From an uncultured Nitrososphaeria archaeon (GTDB lineage: Archaea > Thermoproteota > Nitrososphaeria_A > Caldarchaeales > Wolframiiraptoraceae), in the NCBI GenBank assembly GCA_964465105.1, contig CAYXHS010000001.1, positions 4,850-39,168 of the forward strand: a stretch of DNA of 34,319 nt, written 5' to 3'. Shown piece by piece: positions 33,724 to 34,319 of the stretch. A program made the position numbers and the translations under genes. The notes beneath the pieces are model-generated. The model saw only the letters and a list, made by a program, of their open reading frames with translations, was not told the DNA's origin and made no database searches. Numbering within the stretch: position 1 is the stretch's first letter; every line of letters starts with the position of its first letter.

Positions 33724-33988
33724 CTCTCACCTCAAAACCCTCCAAAAACCGAGTAAACCTACATCAAACAAGACATATTTAACAATTTCCAAAGAATCGC
33801 CACCAACACGAGAGAAATAACATAACTATATCACATCATCTTAAGGTCTTAAGGTATGGAGTATGCAAAAGGAAACTTCAAGATGGCGCAAAAAGCCTCT
33901 CTCCTTAGACGACATTCCATCACCCCTCTTCAGAATTTCAAAAAGAGAGTTGAAAGAGGTTCTTGAGAAGAAGTGTCTTGCATCGTGT

Positions 33989-34244
33989 TTACTGTTTTGT
34001 GATGTATGTGATTAAGTTGTTTTCTTCGAGGATTTTCTTGAGCTTGTAGACTGCTTCGTAGACTTCTTTCTCGGTTTTCGCTCCCGTGCATACGAGCTTT
34101 CCATTAGCAAACATCAATATGACTACCTTTGACTCAGTCATTCGATAGATTAAGCCTGGGAACTGCTTTTGATATAAGATCCGGAACTAAATGGAAAGAG
34201 GTATTAAATGAGCTTCGGAGGATAAAGCTAAAATATGGGTTTAT
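33989..34244 (-). pseudogene. decayed single-repeat fragment of a TATA-binding protein (TBP) gene
   Basis: My own translation of the minus strand gives YQKQFPGLIYRMTESKVVILMFANGKLVCTGAKTEKEVYEAVYKLKKILEENN, a close match to the C-terminal half of a TBP repeat (EPEQFPGxIYR...xLLFSSGKxVCTGAKS). An in-frame TAG lies 15 codons upstream of the Met. One frame over, INPYFSFILRSSFN keeps the N-x3-S-x2-L-x4-N spacing of the repeat start. This implies a frameshift plus a stop. Confidence 0.6.
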
Positions 34245-34270
34245 TCATGTTCCATAGTGGGTCAATTGAA

Positions 34271-34319
34271 ATGGGCAAAATTACCGTAGAGAAGAGGGGG
34301 AGGATAGTCATTCCAGCTG
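34271..34319 (+). CDS. 5' end of an AbrB/SpoVT-type (VapB-like antitoxin or regulator) gene, continues beyond window
   Basis: MGKITVEKRGRIVIPA matches the N-terminal swapped-hairpin motif (GxxxIP) of AbrB/SpoVT domains. Only 16 codons are visible. Confidence 0.45.
   Translation, partial: MGKITVEKRGRIVIPA

Noticed and set aside
33853-33990. Short ORFs in the AT-rich spacer (for example, + strand MEYAKGNFKMAQKASLLRRHSITPLQNFKKRVERGS, and a minus-strand frame of about 37 aa).
   Set aside because: They have no recognisable motif, no start context, and lengths expected by chance. They are not reported as genes.
1-34319. Scan for tRNA/rRNA genes, C/D-box sRNAs, CRISPR repeats, IS/transposase or integrase genes, and known defence-system proteins.
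   Set aside because: No spacer is long enough or has tRNA-like structure. I saw no RUGAUGA...CUGA pairs and no regularly spaced repeats of 24 bp or more. Every long ORF is accounted for by metabolic, hydrogenase or transport families.

Overview
This is a compact archaeal chromosomal segment, more than 90% coding. The archaeal call rests on fibrillarin, an archaeal-type NikR, an aKMT-like lysine methyltransferase, and TATA boxes about 25-30 bp upstream of start codons, which imply leaderless first genes. My guess is a thermophilic Thermoproteota/Korarchaeota-like organism; I cannot verify that.

- **Bases 1-3800:** housekeeping genes (GltD/SudA-like oxidoreductase 3' end, flpA, deoC, glmS).
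- **Bases 3825-23416:** a hydrogenase island.
  - hypF, then a four-subunit group-3b-type cytoplasmic [NiFe] hydrogenase in the order beta-gamma-delta-alpha, then hypE and hypD.
  - A divergently transcribed HycI-like endopeptidase.
  - A 12-ORF operon (13170-22739) with the complete gene set and order of respiratory complex I (A,B,C,D,H,I,J,K plus three antiporter-like subunits).
  - hypC and nikR, convergent with that operon.
- **Main finding:** the nuo-like operon is not a quinone reductase by sequence.
  - Its NuoD-position subunit keeps both Ni-Fe cysteine motifs and a HycE-like cleavable tail.
  - Its NuoB-position subunit has the hydrogenase CxxC motif.
  - It therefore looks like a group 4 energy-converting hydrogenase built on a full complex I scaffold, including a NuoA/ND3 homologue and a NuoL with the lateral-helix extension.
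- **Bases 23512-28518:** a same-strand metal-handling block next to nikR.
  - It holds a small ORF, an ArsB/NhaD-type permease, a membrane protein and an FmdE-like protein.
  - It also holds a ZnuABC/TroA-type ABC transporter whose binding protein appears to lack the canonical metal ligands.
- **Bases 28560-33723:** mixed genes (aKMT-like methyltransferase, a 350-aa unknown, an EamA transporter, a retropepsin-like protease, DUF72, a LOR/SDH TIGR00300-family protein).
- **Bases 33724-34319:** the only AT-rich, largely non-coding stretch. It holds a decayed single-repeat TATA-binding-protein (TBP) pseudogene and the first codons of an AbrB/SpoVT-type gene.
- **Not found:** rRNA, tRNA, CRISPR arrays, or IS/transposase genes.

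All homology statements come from reading motifs by eye and from recalled reference sequences. No searches were run.
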